Notes under the pieces: model-generated
Told to the model about the DNA's origin: nothing
The model's input: the letters and a program-made list of their open reading frames with translations, nothing else
Databases searched by the model: none
In this document: one piece after another, positions 1-10,221 of the stretch
Position numbering within the stretch: the stretch's first letter is position 1
Layout: each line of letters opens with the position of its first letter
Position numbers and translations under genes: made by a program
Origin: Phycisphaerae bacterium
Lineage (GTDB): Bacteria; Planctomycetota; Phycisphaerae; WQYP01
Assembly: GCA_035524355.1 (NCBI GenBank)
Contig: DATKPA010000037.1
Span: forward strand, 18,723-82,722
Direction of reading: 5' to 3'
DNA length: 64,000 nt

Positions 1-631
1 ATGAGGTCACCGGATGCCGTCGAAAATCCGGCGAGACGTACCCGATGCGCAGGCGTCGATCGCTGCGCTTGTCGTTGTCAAATGGCTCCGCGCTCACCAG
101 CCCCGCCGCATGCGATTCATTCCAGCGCCGGTGCTCGGCGACGATTTCGTCACTCGAAAGCCGCGCGTCGTACCAGAGCGTCAACAGGAGATTGCTCTGC
201 GCCGACCAGTTCGCCGGGTCGATCTCCACGCGCTTTCGAAAGGCGGCGATGGCGTCCGGAATCTCGCCGAGTTCCTTCATCGAATTGCCCAGATTGTTCC
301 ACGCCTCTGCGTACGCCGCATTCCGCGCGATGGCCAAACGATAGTACGTGATCGCCTCGCTGAATTTATTCTGCGCCTGCAGCACGCACCCGAAGTGATA
401 ATAAGGTTCCGCCGCAGCCGGATTGAGCCGCATCGCCCGCTGCAGCAGCTCTCCCGCCTCCTGCAGAGCGCCCACCTGAAACGCCAGGGCGCCCAGCAGA
501 TGAATCGCGTTGAAGTGGTCCGGCTGCGCCGCCACGATTTGCCGGTAAATCCCCTCCGCCTCCTGCAAACGCCCCGCCCGATGGTGCTCGAATGCGTGTT
601 GGAATGCCTGTTCGATCGTGACCTGCGACAT
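1..631 (-). CDS. TPR-repeat protein with GT41 (O-GlcNAc transferase / SPINDLY-like) type C-terminal region; partial, continues beyond window start
   Basis: Minus-strand reading frame from ATG (revcomp of cat ~629-631) translates MSQVTIEQAFQHAFEHHRAGRLQEAEGIYRQIVAAQPDHFNAIHLLGALAFQ...AEAWNNLGNSMKELGEIPDAIAAFRKRVEIDP (TPR-like helical repeats) then ...RRLRIGYVSPDFRRHPV, the motif typical at the start of the GT41 catalytic region; no stop before position 1 so not in ORF track. Confidence 0.55.
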   Translation of the reverse strand, partial: MSQVTIEQAFQHAFEHHRAGRLQEAEGIYRQIVAAQPDHFNAIHLLGALAFQVGALQEAGELLQRAMRLNPAAAEPYYHFGCVLQAQNKFSEAITYYRLAIARNAAYAEAWNNLGNSMKELGEIPDAIAAFRKRVEIDPANWSAQSNLLLTLWYDARLSSDEIVAEHRRWNESHAAGLVSAEPFDNDKRSDRRLRIGYVSPDFRRHPVTS

Positions 632-730
632 TCCCGCCTCGTTGAAGCAAGAATCAAGCAGCAAGAATCAAGAAGGACATTTCGTTGGCTCTTCTTGCTT
701 CTTTATCCTTGCTTCTTGATTCACCATCCC

Positions 731-1765
731 TCAGTGAATTCCCTTTTCCGCCAGCCAGCGTTCCGCATCGAGCGCCGCTTTGCATCCCATTCCCGCCGCC
801 GTGATCGCCTGGCGATAGACGGCGTCCGCACAATCGCCCGCCGCGAACACGCCTTCGACGCTGGTGAGCGAGCGGAAGCCGTCCTTCAGCACGACGTACC
901 CCTTCTCGTTCAGCTCGACCTGGCCCTCCAGGAACTTTGTGTTCGGCGTATGCCCGATCGCGGCGAACATCCCCTTCGCCTCGATGGTGCCGATCTGATT
1001 CGTCTGAAGGTTCTTCACCTTCACACCGGTCACCCCATCCATTTCCGTGCCGACGACTTCCTCCACCACGCTGTTCCAAACCGGCGCGATCTTCGGATTC
1101 GAGAGCGCCCGCTGGCTCATGATCTTCGACGCCCGCAGCGAATCTCGCCGATGCACCAGATACACCTTCGACGCAAATTTCGTCAGGTATGTCGCCTCTT
1201 CCACCGCCGAATCGCCGCCCCCCACGACCACCAGCGACTGATCCCGGAACCGCGGCAGCGCCCCATCGCACACCGCACAGGCCGAGACCCCCATGTTCTC
1301 GAACTTCCGCTCCGACGGCAGTCCCAGATAATTCGCGCTGGCGCCGGTCGACACGATGATCGAATGCGCGAGCGTCAACTGCTCTTCATCGCCGGAGAGA
1401 TCGTTCAAATGCCAGATCTTGAACGGCCGTTCCTTCAGATCCACCCGCGTCACAAAGTGCGGCTTGGTCCGCGTGCCGAACCGCTCCGCCTGCTGCTGCA
1501 GAATTCCCATCAGCTTCTGCCCGTCCACGCCGTGCACGAACCCCGGGAAATTCTCGACTTCCGAAGTGAACATCAACTGCCCGCCCGGCATGCGGTCGCG
1601 ATTCAACCCATCGCCGGCAAGCACCAACGGCTCCAGCGACGCCCGCGCGGCATAAATCGCCGCCGTCCAGCCCGACGGGCCGGAACCGATGATCACAACT
1701 TTTTCGACATTGTTCCCATGGGGCCCATGAGCATGCGGGGATGACGGGTGCGACGAAGTGGACAT
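731..1765 (-). CDS. trxB: thioredoxin-disulfide reductase
   Basis: 344 aa; [21 protein letters not shown]-binding GxGxxG, redox-active CAVCD, second NAD(P) fold [12 protein letters not shown]; classic TrxB layout. Confidence 0.9.
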   Translation of the reverse strand: MSTSSHPSSPHAHGPHGNNVEKVVIIGSGPSGWTAAIYAARASLEPLVLAGDGLNRDRMPGGQLMFTSEVENFPGFVHGVDGQKLMGILQQQAERFGTRTKPHFVTRVDLKERPFKIWHLNDLSGDEEQLTLAHSIIVSTGASANYLGLPSERKFENMGVSACAVCDGALPRFRDQSLVVVGGGDSAVEEATYLTKFASKVYLVHRRDSLRASKIMSQRALSNPKIAPVWNSVVEEVVGTEMDGVTGVKVKNLQTNQIGTIEAKGMFAAIGHTPNTKFLEGQVELNEKGYVVLKDGFRSLTSVEGVFAAGDCADAVYRQAITAAGMGCKAALDAERWLAEKGIH

Positions 1766-1831
1766 AAGCGACAGAATCCTTGCGAAAGTCGTTGCGGAAA
1801 CCGGAGCATTATAGGAGAGGTGCGGGCCGGT

Positions 1832-2674
1832 TCACAGCAGATCGGCCCACGTGTTCGGATCAACATGCGCGTGATACCGGCCCTTGGTGTTGGAGACATG
1901 AATCGGCATGTTGTACGCCGCGGAAAGATTCTCGTTTGTGAGGACCTTCTCAGGCGAGCCCGAGGTGATGACCGTCCCCCGCGTGGAGAGAAGAAGGATG
2001 TTCCGCGTATCCGGCAGAAGCTCTTCCAGATGGTGCGTCACCGTGATCATCGCCGGCCCGTGCGGTTCCTTATGCAGCCGCGCGAGGGTCGCAAGGATCG
2101 TCTCCCGCGCCGGCAGATCCAGCCCCGTCGTCGGCTCATCCAGGATCAGCAACTCTGGCCGACGCACCAGCGCCCGCGCAATGAGCGCCCGCATGCGCTG
2201 CCCCGTCGACAGCGTGAAATAATTCTGATCCCGCTGCGCTCCCAGCCCCACCTGCGCCAGCAGATGCTCCGCATGCCCCCACTGCTCCGCCGTTGGATGC
2301 ACGTACCCGATCGTCAGCGCCGAAAAATACCCCGACACCACGACATCCCGCGCCGACATGTTCTCATCGAAAGGATAAATCGTCGTCGGATCCACAATCC
2401 CGATCCGCGCACGCAACGACTGCACCGCGACTTCTCCCAGCGTCTCCCCCAGCACCTTCACGGTCCCTTTCTGAGGCCACAAATACGCGCACGCAATCCG
2501 CAGCAGCGTTGATTTCCCGCACCCATTCGCCCCCAGGATCGCCGCGATCTGCTTCGGCGCCACGCTCCACGTCACATCCGTCAGAATCTGCCGGGATTCA
2601 CGGGAAAAATGAATTCCATCGAGTGCCAGAACTGGAGCGGATGCCCGAGCCGATGTCGAGTTAGGCTTAGACAT
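1832..2674 (-). CDS. ABC transporter ATP-binding protein
   Basis: Walker A GANGCGKSTLL, ABC signature LSTGQRMRA, Walker B LLILDEPTTGLD. Confidence 0.8.
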   Translation of the reverse strand: MSKPNSTSARASAPVLALDGIHFSRESRQILTDVTWSVAPKQIAAILGANGCGKSTLLRIACAYLWPQKGTVKVLGETLGEVAVQSLRARIGIVDPTTIYPFDENMSARDVVVSGYFSALTIGYVHPTAEQWGHAEHLLAQVGLGAQRDQNYFTLSTGQRMRALIARALVRRPELLILDEPTTGLDLPARETILATLARLHKEPHGPAMITVTHHLEELLPDTRNILLLSTRGTVITSGSPEKVLTNENLSAAYNMPIHVSNTKGRYHAHVDPNTWADLL

Positions 2675-3212
2675 CGAAGAAATCTGCTACAGCACACGAG
2701 AATCCGGGAATTACATCGCCGAAAGAAATCATTTCCGCTTTCGCAAGGCGCTGAACACTCGTGCCGGGCCGATAGATTTCCACCGTTTCGGCGGCTGGAT
2801 CGACCAGCCATCCCAGTGGAGTGCCATAACGCAGGTAGGTTTTCAGGTTTTCCTCGCGTTCCCGTCGCGGATTGCTCGGCGAAATGATTTCAACGGCCAA
2901 GTCGGGATGGCCCTCGACAAATTTCTCGCGATGATCTTCGCCCGGTACTCGCGATTTGCTGATGAAGGCAACGTCTGGTCCCAACACCGTATCGGGATTC
3001 CGGGCCAATACGAAGCCGACTTCGACGACGACAGCGCCGAGCTTCTTTGCCTTCACGTACTGCTTCAGTAGAAGCGCGATCTGGACGGCTATTTGCCCGT
3101 GACGGAAATTCGCAGGTGACACAGTGCGCAACTCTCCTTCGTAGAGCTCAAGCAACCTGTTGCCTATCGCGAGCAGTTCTTCAGCGGTCACTAATTTCAA
3201 CGCGGTCGTCAT
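2667..3212 (-). CDS. Uma2-family (DUF820) PD-(D/E)XK endonuclease-like protein
   Basis: 181 aa; overall similarity to Uma2/DUF820 proteins (…PDVAFISKSR…PDLAVEIISPSN…); 8-nt overlap with downstream ABC gene. Confidence 0.55.
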   Translation of the reverse strand: MTTALKLVTAEELLAIGNRLLELYEGELRTVSPANFRHGQIAVQIALLLKQYVKAKKLGAVVVEVGFVLARNPDTVLGPDVAFISKSRVPGEDHREKFVEGHPDLAVEIISPSNPRREREENLKTYLRYGTPLGWLVDPAAETVEIYRPGTSVQRLAKAEMISFGDVIPGFSCAVADFFDV

Positions 3213-3245
3213 GGCACACCTCTACACCAGTATACCATTTCCGCC

Positions 3246-4142
3246 TCACCCCCCGAACGGCGCTTCCAGCCGATGCACCAGCTTCGCCGCCCGCAACGTA
3301 TTCCGCAGCAGCATCGCCACCGTCATCGGCCCCACGCCCCCCGGCACCGGCGTGATCCATGATGCCACCTTCGCCACCTCCTCAAAATCCACATCCCCCA
3401 CCGTCTTCTCCGTCACCTTCCCGAACGCATCCTCAATCCGCACCCGATTGATCCCCACATCAATCACCACCGCCCCCGGCTTCACATGATCCGCACGCAA
3501 CAACCCCGGCTTTCCCACCGCCACCACCACGATGTCCGCCCGCCGGCACGCCGCCGGCGTGTCCTTCGTGTGAATGTGGCACAGCGTCACCGTTGCATTC
3601 CGCTCGGTCAGCAGCAGACTCAGCGGCCGCCCCACGATCCGGCTCGCCCCCACCACCGTCACATCCGCCCCCTCCAGCGGCACGCCGGTCGCATCGATCA
3701 ATTCCACCACCGCCAGCGCCGTGCAGGGCGCGATAATCGTGTGCCCATACACCACATGTCCGATGTTCGCCGGATTCACCCCCTCCACATCCTTCAGAAT
3801 GTCGATCTGGTACTGCGCCTCCTGCAAATCCATCCCGCTCGGCAACGGCGAATGCAGAAAAATCCCCGTCACCGTCGAATCGCGATTCAACGCATGAATC
3901 GCCGAGTGCAACGCCTGCTCGGTCGTCCCCGCGGGCAACTGCTTGAGTTCGTACTCAATCCCCACCTGCGCGCAGGTCTTCCTCTGATTCTCCGCATATA
4001 CCTGCGCCGCCGAGTTGTCCCCGACCAGAATCGCATTCAACCGCACGGGCTTGTTCTGCGATTTTAACGCGGCAACTTCTTCCGCCACCTTTTCGCGGAT
4101 CGTTGCCGAAAGCGCCTTGCCATCAATAATCTTCGCCGTCAT
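3246..4142 (-). CDS. folD: bifunctional methylenetetrahydrofolate dehydrogenase / methenyl-THF cyclohydrolase
   Basis: MTAKIIDGKALS...VGDNSAAQVY...GASRIVGRP...PVPGGVGPMT conserved FolD blocks; start taken at internal Met (track ORF extends to 4217 with 25 extra codons). Confidence 0.9.
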   Translation of the reverse strand: MTAKIIDGKALSATIREKVAEEVAALKSQNKPVRLNAILVGDNSAAQVYAENQRKTCAQVGIEYELKQLPAGTTEQALHSAIHALNRDSTVTGIFLHSPLPSGMDLQEAQYQIDILKDVEGVNPANIGHVVYGHTIIAPCTALAVVELIDATGVPLEGADVTVVGASRIVGRPLSLLLTERNATVTLCHIHTKDTPAACRRADIVVVAVGKPGLLRADHVKPGAVVIDVGINRVRIEDAFGKVTEKTVGDVDFEEVAKVASWITPVPGGVGPMTVAMLLRNTLRAAKLVHRLEAPFGG

Positions 4143-4312
4143 GCGATCCCTTTTATAACCACAGAGGACACAGAGAGCACAGAGGAACCACGACGTGAAC
4201 AAACCGCAGATGAACACGGATAAACGCGGATGTTTCTGCTCCAGAATCCGCGCTCATCCGTGTTCATCCGTGGTTTCATTCCGTCCTCTTTGCTCTCTGC
4301 GTCCTCTGCTGT

Positions 4313-5563
4313 TCACTTGATTTCCAGCTTGCACACCCGCCGCTTCCCCACCTGCAGAATCTCGCCCCCCTTCGGCTCCACCATCATCTTGAAATCCGTC
4401 ACTTTCTGCCCCGCATACGTCACGCCGCCACCTTCAATCAACCGCTTCGCTTCATTCCCCGACGCCGCAAACCCCACCTCCTTGATCAAATTCATGATCC
4501 CAATCTTCCCCTCCTTCAGCGCCCCCGCCGACAGCGTCTTCACTTCCGTATCCGCCAGCACCTGATGCTCCGTGAAGCGCTTGCGGAAATCCTCCGCCGC
4601 CTTCTCCGCCTCCGCCGCCGAGTGATACTGCTCCACAATCACCCGCCCCAGTGTCTCCTTCGCCTGCCGCGGATGCGTTTGCGACGGATCGATAATCGAC
4701 GCAATCCGCTCCTCCGGCAGCGGCGTCACCATCCGAAACCACGCCCCCATCACCCCATCCGGTATGCTCATCGCCTTCCCAAACTGCTCCCCCGCTGGCT
4801 CCGCCACCCCAATATAATTCCCCAGGCTCTTGCTCATCTTCTGCACCCCATCCGTCCCCACCAATATCGGCATGATCATCACTATCTGCGGCGGCTGCCC
4901 CTCCGACTCCTGCAGATCCCGCCCCACCAGATTATTAAACGTCTGATCCGTCCCCCCCAGTTCCACATCACTCTTGATCTCCACCGAATCCCACCCCTGC
5001 ATCAGCGGATACATGAACTCGTGAATGTAAATCGCCTCCCCCGCCTTGTACCGCTCCTGAAACGTGTCCCGCTCCAGCATCCGCGCCACCGTCATCTTCT
5101 GGCACAGCTTCAGCGAATCCACAAACGTCATCTTGTGCAGCCATTCCGAGTTGTATCGCACCTCCACCTTCCCCGGCGACATGTCGATGATCTTCCCCGC
5201 CTGCGCAAAATACGTCTCCGCATTCTGCTTCACCTGCTCCGCCGACAGCACCGGCCGCGTCTTCTTCTTCCCCGTCGGATCGCCGATCATCGCCGTCGCA
5301 TCGCCAATGATCAGCACCGCCTTGTGCCCCAGGTCCTGAAACTCCCGCATCTTCCGCAGCACCACCGCATGCCCCAAATGCAGATCCGGCGCCGTCGGAT
5401 CCATCCCCAGCTTCACCCGCAGTTGCCGCCCCTTCCCTCCATCTGCCTTCGCCGCATGCTCCAGCCGCTTCTTCAGCTCATCCGCCGAATACACATGATC
5501 CGTCCCCCGCAAAAGAACCTGCATCTGCTGTTCGATCGACAAACTGGGTGAGAGTTTCTGCAT
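4313..5563 (-). CDS. tyrS: tyrosine--tRNA ligase
   Basis: class I HIGH (DLHLGHAV) and KMSKS motifs, C-terminal S4-like domain; start at internal Met MQKLSPSL (track ORF 4313..6004 carries a spurious 147-codon N-terminal extension). Confidence 0.9.
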   Translation of the reverse strand: MQKLSPSLSIEQQMQVLLRGTDHVYSADELKKRLEHAAKADGGKGRQLRVKLGMDPTAPDLHLGHAVVLRKMREFQDLGHKAVLIIGDATAMIGDPTGKKKTRPVLSAEQVKQNAETYFAQAGKIIDMSPGKVEVRYNSEWLHKMTFVDSLKLCQKMTVARMLERDTFQERYKAGEAIYIHEFMYPLMQGWDSVEIKSDVELGGTDQTFNNLVGRDLQESEGQPPQIVMIMPILVGTDGVQKMSKSLGNYIGVAEPAGEQFGKAMSIPDGVMGAWFRMVTPLPEERIASIIDPSQTHPRQAKETLGRVIVEQYHSAAEAEKAAEDFRKRFTEHQVLADTEVKTLSAGALKEGKIGIMNLIKEVGFAASGNEAKRLIEGGGVTYAGQKVTDFKMMVEPKGGEILQVGKRRVCKLEIK

Positions 5564-5646
5564 GACGTCCTGCGGCTTCCTTTCTAGACAAACCGCCATT
5601 GTAGGGGCGGCACCCTGGAGGGTCGAGAGTTCCCGCCCCCCCCCAA

Positions 5647-6828
5647 TTACTGCCCCGCACCCACCAGCACGAAATACATGCTCGTGCTGTTGAACAACGC
5701 ATGCAGCGTAATGTTCGCCCACATGTTCCCCGTCCGCTCGTACAAATACCCCAGCGACACCGACAACAGAAAGATCACCGGAAAATGATCCAACTGATGC
5801 ATGCTCGCGAAGAAAATGCTCGTGATCAGAATCGCCACCCACCGCCGCCACACCGCCGGCCGATAGTCTCGATCGATCACATGCGCGAACGTAAATCCCC
5901 AGTACCGCTGAATCAGCATCGTCTGCACCAGCCCGCGGAAGAAAATCTCCTCCAGCAGCGGAGCCGCCAACCCCGCCAGCAAAATGAAAATCGCCTGCTC
6001 CCACTCCGGTATCGGCCGGCTCAACGCCTTGAGCGTCTCATGAACCTCCTCCGCCCGATGCTGGAATTTCTGGATCAGCATGTCGTCGATGGTCGCAACA
6101 AACATCAGAATCGGAAATACCGTCAGAAACCCCAGCACCCCATACCCGATCCCCTTCGGAATCTTCCGCAGGCTCAAACCCCACCCGTTGATCCCCCCTT
6201 CCACCATGCGAAACGAAATCAACACCAGTGCGATCGCAGGAACCATCTCGGAAAACGTTCCCAACAATTGCTCATGCAACGTCGTCGAAGGGTCCGGCCC
6301 CGCACTGACCAACACCGTCTGCGTCGCGGCCGGATGCGTGGACGCTGCACCCCTCGTCGGCTGAGTCGACGCAGCCGCCCGCGCCGCCGGTGCACTCGCG
6401 GGAAACGTCGCCGTGGCTGGTGCCGGCCGGGTCGCCGGCGCCGTCGACACCCCTCCGCCCCGGACGCCCTGCTGCGACACCGTCACCACGCTGATGGCCA
6501 TGATCGCCGACGCTAGATAAAGTAGAATAATCGCGGCTAAAATGACCACCGAAAATCCGCTCCGGCGCGCCGGTGCGTTCGCCAGCGACGCGGATCGAAA
6601 AACCCGGAGGCGGAACAGCAGCACTATCCCCACCACCAGCCATGCGCGTACGCTCAGGTCGAATACCTGGTCCAGGTGTCCCGCCACCCACGTGATAATG
6701 TTCTGAATCAACAAATCGCACTCACTGAGAGACCCTATGTCGAATCTGCCCCCCGGAACTCCGGATATCTTGCAGCAAATCGTCCAAACAAAAAAGGAGG
6801 AGGTCGCCGCCGCCAAGGCTCGCACCAC
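5647..6828 (-). CDS. CPBP-family (CAAX/Abi) intramembrane metalloprotease
   Basis: Motif 1 EEIFFRG, motif 2 FFASMH, motif 3 HALFN on hydrophobic background; true start probably internal (GTG/TTG around 6650-6720) because maximal ORF overlaps trpC start on opposite strand. Confidence 0.6.
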   Translation of the reverse strand: MVRALAAATSSFFVWTICCKISGVPGGRFDIGSLSECDLLIQNIITWVAGHLDQVFDLSVRAWLVVGIVLLFRLRVFRSASLANAPARRSGFSVVILAAIILLYLASAIMAISVVTVSQQGVRGGGVSTAPATRPAPATATFPASAPAARAAASTQPTRGAASTHPAATQTVLVSAGPDPSTTLHEQLLGTFSEMVPAIALVLISFRMVEGGINGWGLSLRKIPKGIGYGVLGFLTVFPILMFVATIDDMLIQKFQHRAEEVHETLKALSRPIPEWEQAIFILLAGLAAPLLEEIFFRGLVQTMLIQRYWGFTFAHVIDRDYRPAVWRRWVAILITSIFFASMHQLDHFPVIFLLSVSLGYLYERTGNMWANITLHALFNSTSMYFVLVGAGQ

Positions 6829-7576
6829 TCTCGAAGAGCTTAAGGCACGCTGCGCAAATCAGGAAGCGCCACGCAATTTCTTCGCCGCCCTCACCCGCGA
6901 GCCCCAGGGCCTCGTCAACATCATCGCCGAAGTTAAAAAAGCCTCCCCCTCCGCCGGAACCATCAAAGCCGACTTCGACCCCGTCGCCCAGGCCAGAACC
7001 TACCACGCCGCCGGCGCCGACGCACTCTCCGTCCTCACCGACGAACAATACTTCCACGGCCACCTCGACTACATCGCCGCTGTCAAAAACGCCGTCCCCC
7101 TCCCCGTCCTCCGCAAGGACTTCATCATCGACCCCTACCAGGTCTACGAGTCCCGCGCCGCCGGCGCCGACGCCATCCTCCTCATCGCCGAGATCCTCAC
7201 CGACTCCATGATGATCGACCTGCAAATCCTCGCCACCGAGCTCAAGCTCACCACCCTCGTCGAAGTCCACGAAATGGATTCCCTCCTCCGCGTCAACTCC
7301 ACCATGAGCTTCCCCCACGCTTCCTACTACCTCCTCGGCATCAACAACCGCGACCTCCGCACCTTCTCCGTCGACCTCCAGAACACCGTCCGCCTCGCCG
7401 ATTTCGTCGAAAATAAAAAAATCCTCGTCTCCGAAAGCGGCATCAAGGACAAGGCCGACGTCCAGCGCATGGCCGCCGCCGGCGTCCGCACACTCCTCAT
7501 CGGCGAAACCCTCATGAAATCCCCCGACGTCGGCGGAACCCTCGCCAACCTCAAAGGCACCTTCCGCAAATCCTGA
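6737..7576 (+). CDS. trpC: indole-3-glycerol phosphate synthase
   Basis: 279 aa; IIAEVKKASPSAG, ...LRKDFIIDPYQ..., ...LLIGETLM... typical TrpC TIM barrel blocks. Confidence 0.9.
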   Translation: MSNLPPGTPDILQQIVQTKKEEVAAAKARTTLEELKARCANQEAPRNFFAALTREPQGLVNIIAEVKKASPSAGTIKADFDPVAQARTYHAAGADALSVLTDEQYFHGHLDYIAAVKNAVPLPVLRKDFIIDPYQVYESRAAGADAILLIAEILTDSMMIDLQILATELKLTTLVEVHEMDSLLRVNSTMSFPHASYYLLGINNRDLRTFSVDLQNTVRLADFVENKKILVSESGIKDKADVQRMAAAGVRTLLIGETLMKSPDVGGTLANLKGTFRKS

Positions 7577-7688
7577 CCCCCCCCCTGCCCCGCCCGTGGC
7601 ATGCTCATCCTGCCCATCTTTCTTTGTGCGCATAAAAAAAGACCCCGCGCCCAGCGCGAGGTCTCTCTTCAATCGCCTCAAAATCCCC

Positions 7689-9542
7689 TCACGGCATCGG
7701 CGCCCCACCATTCCCGCCACCACCGCCCTGACCGCTCATCGCCTGCTTGAACTTCGTCCCCGCCTCAATCGTGCTCGTGATCGCATTGATCGGCACGTGC
7801 AGCTCCATCGTCAGCGTGTTCCCCGTCACCCCCGCACTCGCCAGCACCGGCGCTATGTTCGGCACCGGCGTCACATCCGAGCCCGGCTTGATCATCGATT
7901 GCGCCACGGCCACCCACCGCGCGATCGGCAGGTACATAAACGCCACCGGATTCGCCACCACCTGGTCCTTCACGCCCGAAATCATCGCATTGTTGCTCAG
8001 CGTTTCGCTGTTGTTCTGCGCCGCATCCACAGCCCCCTCCAGGATCGCCTGGTCCGACCCGAATATGCTCAGAATCCGCTTGTTCACGATCCCCGTGTAC
8101 ATCGTCAGCCCATCCTCCCCGTACATCTTCTTGATCACCTCAATCCCCTGCTTCGACCCCGGCGCCAGCGGATGGTCCGCCGTCTCCTCCCGCAGACCAA
8201 ACTTCATGTTGATCTTCGTCAGCTTCACATCCTTCACCGTCACCGCGTCCGGCGTCACCGTCACCTTCTGCGTGAAGTCCGGATTCATCGACTCCTGCGC
8301 CAGCGGTCCCTTCAGCGACTGCAACTGCAACGCCCGGTACTTTGCCGGGTCCGTCACATCTGCCAGCATCGCGCCGTAGAAAAACCCGATCTTCCCGTTC
8401 GCTGGCGGAGGCAGCAGCACCATCGACGCACCGTTCGACAATGTCGCCATCTCCTCATACAGCACCATCGTCTTCTTGTATTCTTCAATCTTCGGGTCCT
8501 GCGCGATCACCTCGTTCGCAAACACCTGCTTCGACACCGTCCCCAGCAGATCCGCCATCGACGCACCGTTGAACGTCAGCGCGCCCGCCACCAGAAATTC
8601 CCCGTCCGGCAAACCCGCCAGCGTCGGCGGCTCCTTCGGCTTCTGCGCCGCCACAAACTTCCCGAACGGACTCTCCGGCTTGAACGCGCCGATCGTCCCC
8701 AGCGTCAACCCCGTGTCCGACAGCCGCAGCGTCAGCATCGTGTGATTCGCGTCCTTCACGAACTCCTTGAACGCCGAAAAATACGCGTTCACCATCTCCT
8801 TCTGAAACGCCCCCGCCGTCTGCCCCTGATTGTTGTTCAGGTTCATCAGGTCCATCATCCCCGTGACTTCCTGCTGCTTGTCCTCTATCAGTTTGATGAT
8901 GCTCGGCGATGCCGCCGCCGTATTCGCCCACACGACAAGATCGTTGCTCTCGAACGTCTTGAGCGTCTCCGGCGACGCCACCTTGCCAAACACCACCTTC
9001 TTCGACAGGAAGTTGTTCAGCACGTCCCGGTCCTGCGCCAACGCCACCCACTTGTCCACGTTCGCCACGTACCCCTTGTCCGTCGTATCCCCCGGCAGCG
9101 TCACTTCCGATATCCCATCCTTGTCCGGCGCGCTCGGCGACAGGTTCTGCAGCATCGCCTTCGAATCCGTCGTCGGCAGCAGCATCACCGCCGGCGGCGG
9201 CCCCGCAAATAAATTCTGATCCCCGTTCGCTTCCGCATTCGCCGGCTTCAATATCACCAGCGCCGCCGACGAATCCTGGTCAAACCCCTCCGTTATCCCG
9301 ATGTTCCGCAACGCAAAACCCGCTAGATCCGGCGGCACCGGCACCGGCATGCTCAACCGCGTCACCGCGTTCGAAATCTTCGTGCTCAAATTCTTCACGT
9401 TGTTGATCACAATTACCGCGTTGGCATCCGCCGGCACCTGGTTCAACACCGCTGGCGCCTCCGCACGGGCCGCTCGAAGGGTCGCCAATGTAAGCAGCGC
9501 CACACACGCGGCCCGGGTAAGGCTGGCTTTTCTCAGCATCAT
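7689..9542 (-). CDS. secreted protein of unknown function
   Basis: 617 aa; N-terminal signal peptide MMLRKASLTRAACVALLTLATLRAARA; Gly-rich C-terminus; no recognisable motif. Confidence 0.5.
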   Translation of the reverse strand: MMLRKASLTRAACVALLTLATLRAARAEAPAVLNQVPADANAVIVINNVKNLSTKISNAVTRLSMPVPVPPDLAGFALRNIGITEGFDQDSSAALVILKPANAEANGDQNLFAGPPPAVMLLPTTDSKAMLQNLSPSAPDKDGISEVTLPGDTTDKGYVANVDKWVALAQDRDVLNNFLSKKVVFGKVASPETLKTFESNDLVVWANTAAASPSIIKLIEDKQQEVTGMMDLMNLNNNQGQTAGAFQKEMVNAYFSAFKEFVKDANHTMLTLRLSDTGLTLGTIGAFKPESPFGKFVAAQKPKEPPTLAGLPDGEFLVAGALTFNGASMADLLGTVSKQVFANEVIAQDPKIEEYKKTMVLYEEMATLSNGASMVLLPPPANGKIGFFYGAMLADVTDPAKYRALQLQSLKGPLAQESMNPDFTQKVTVTPDAVTVKDVKLTKINMKFGLREETADHPLAPGSKQGIEVIKKMYGEDGLTMYTGIVNKRILSIFGSDQAILEGAVDAAQNNSETLSNNAMISGVKDQVVANPVAFMYLPIARWVAVAQSMIKPGSDVTPVPNIAPVLASAGVTGNTLTMELHVPINAITSTIEAGTKFKQAMSGQGGGGGNGGAPMP

Positions 9543-9867
9543 GGTCGATGTCCTTTAGTTGAATTGTGCGAACGCGGCGGTCGCCACGCTCTATCTAGTA
9601 TCCGGCTGACAGGCAAATCTCGTCAAGGAACCGCGTCTTCCACCTCCCGCTTCCGCAACCCCCGCTCGCGCCCGCACATCAGGCTTCCCCCTAATCCCCT
9701 TCCCCCCGACCTCTCCCCTTGCCTCACCGTGCGACTTCTGACGCTTTTCTGAAACCGCGCGCAAATTGAAAAATTTTGTTGCATTCGCCCCGCGCGAATT
9801 GTACGAATGATCCATCGGAAGAGGAATGGACCGTTCTGATTGTTCCCTGATGGAATGGAGTCGTCCC

Positions 9868-10014
9868 ATGCCCCACCGTCGCACTTCCGGCGCTAAAGTT
9901 CGTTCCCACAAAATCGGCATCGGCAATTCGCGGTACGCAAAGGGCAAACAAGCCCGCCTGCAAAACCGCCGCATGCTCGATGCCTATTTCCGTCTGGGCA
10001 ACGAAGCCGCTTGA
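9868..10014 (+). CDS. hypothetical small basic protein (48 aa)
   Basis: MPHRRTSGAKVRSHKIGIGNSRYAKGKQARLQNRR...; GGAG 7 nt upstream; lies in lower-GC intergenic region; weak. Confidence 0.2.
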   Translation: MPHRRTSGAKVRSHKIGIGNSRYAKGKQARLQNRRMLDAYFRLGNEAA

Positions 10015-10221
10015 GACGGTCAAGCGGTGATGTCGTGCTGTAGTCCAGTGGATCCAGGGCGTCGTCCAAAACCGCACGCCCCAGTGGTGGTTCCATCATT
10101 GCCCCCGGGCACCTCGCCGGCGCATTGCAGCCACCTGCCACCTGCTCCACCATTTAACCGCTTAGCTTCTGAACCCCCCGCTCGCATGCTATAGTGGGAC
10201 CCCATCTTCAAGGAGCCCCAT

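Noticed and set aside
14-1744. 576-aa + strand ORF
   Set aside because: Antisense to trxB and to the TPR/GT41 gene; Arg/Pro/His-rich translation typical of wrong-frame reading of high-GC DNA.
7596-9212. 538-aa + strand ORF
   Set aside because: Antisense to the secreted 617-aa protein gene; Arg/His-rich.
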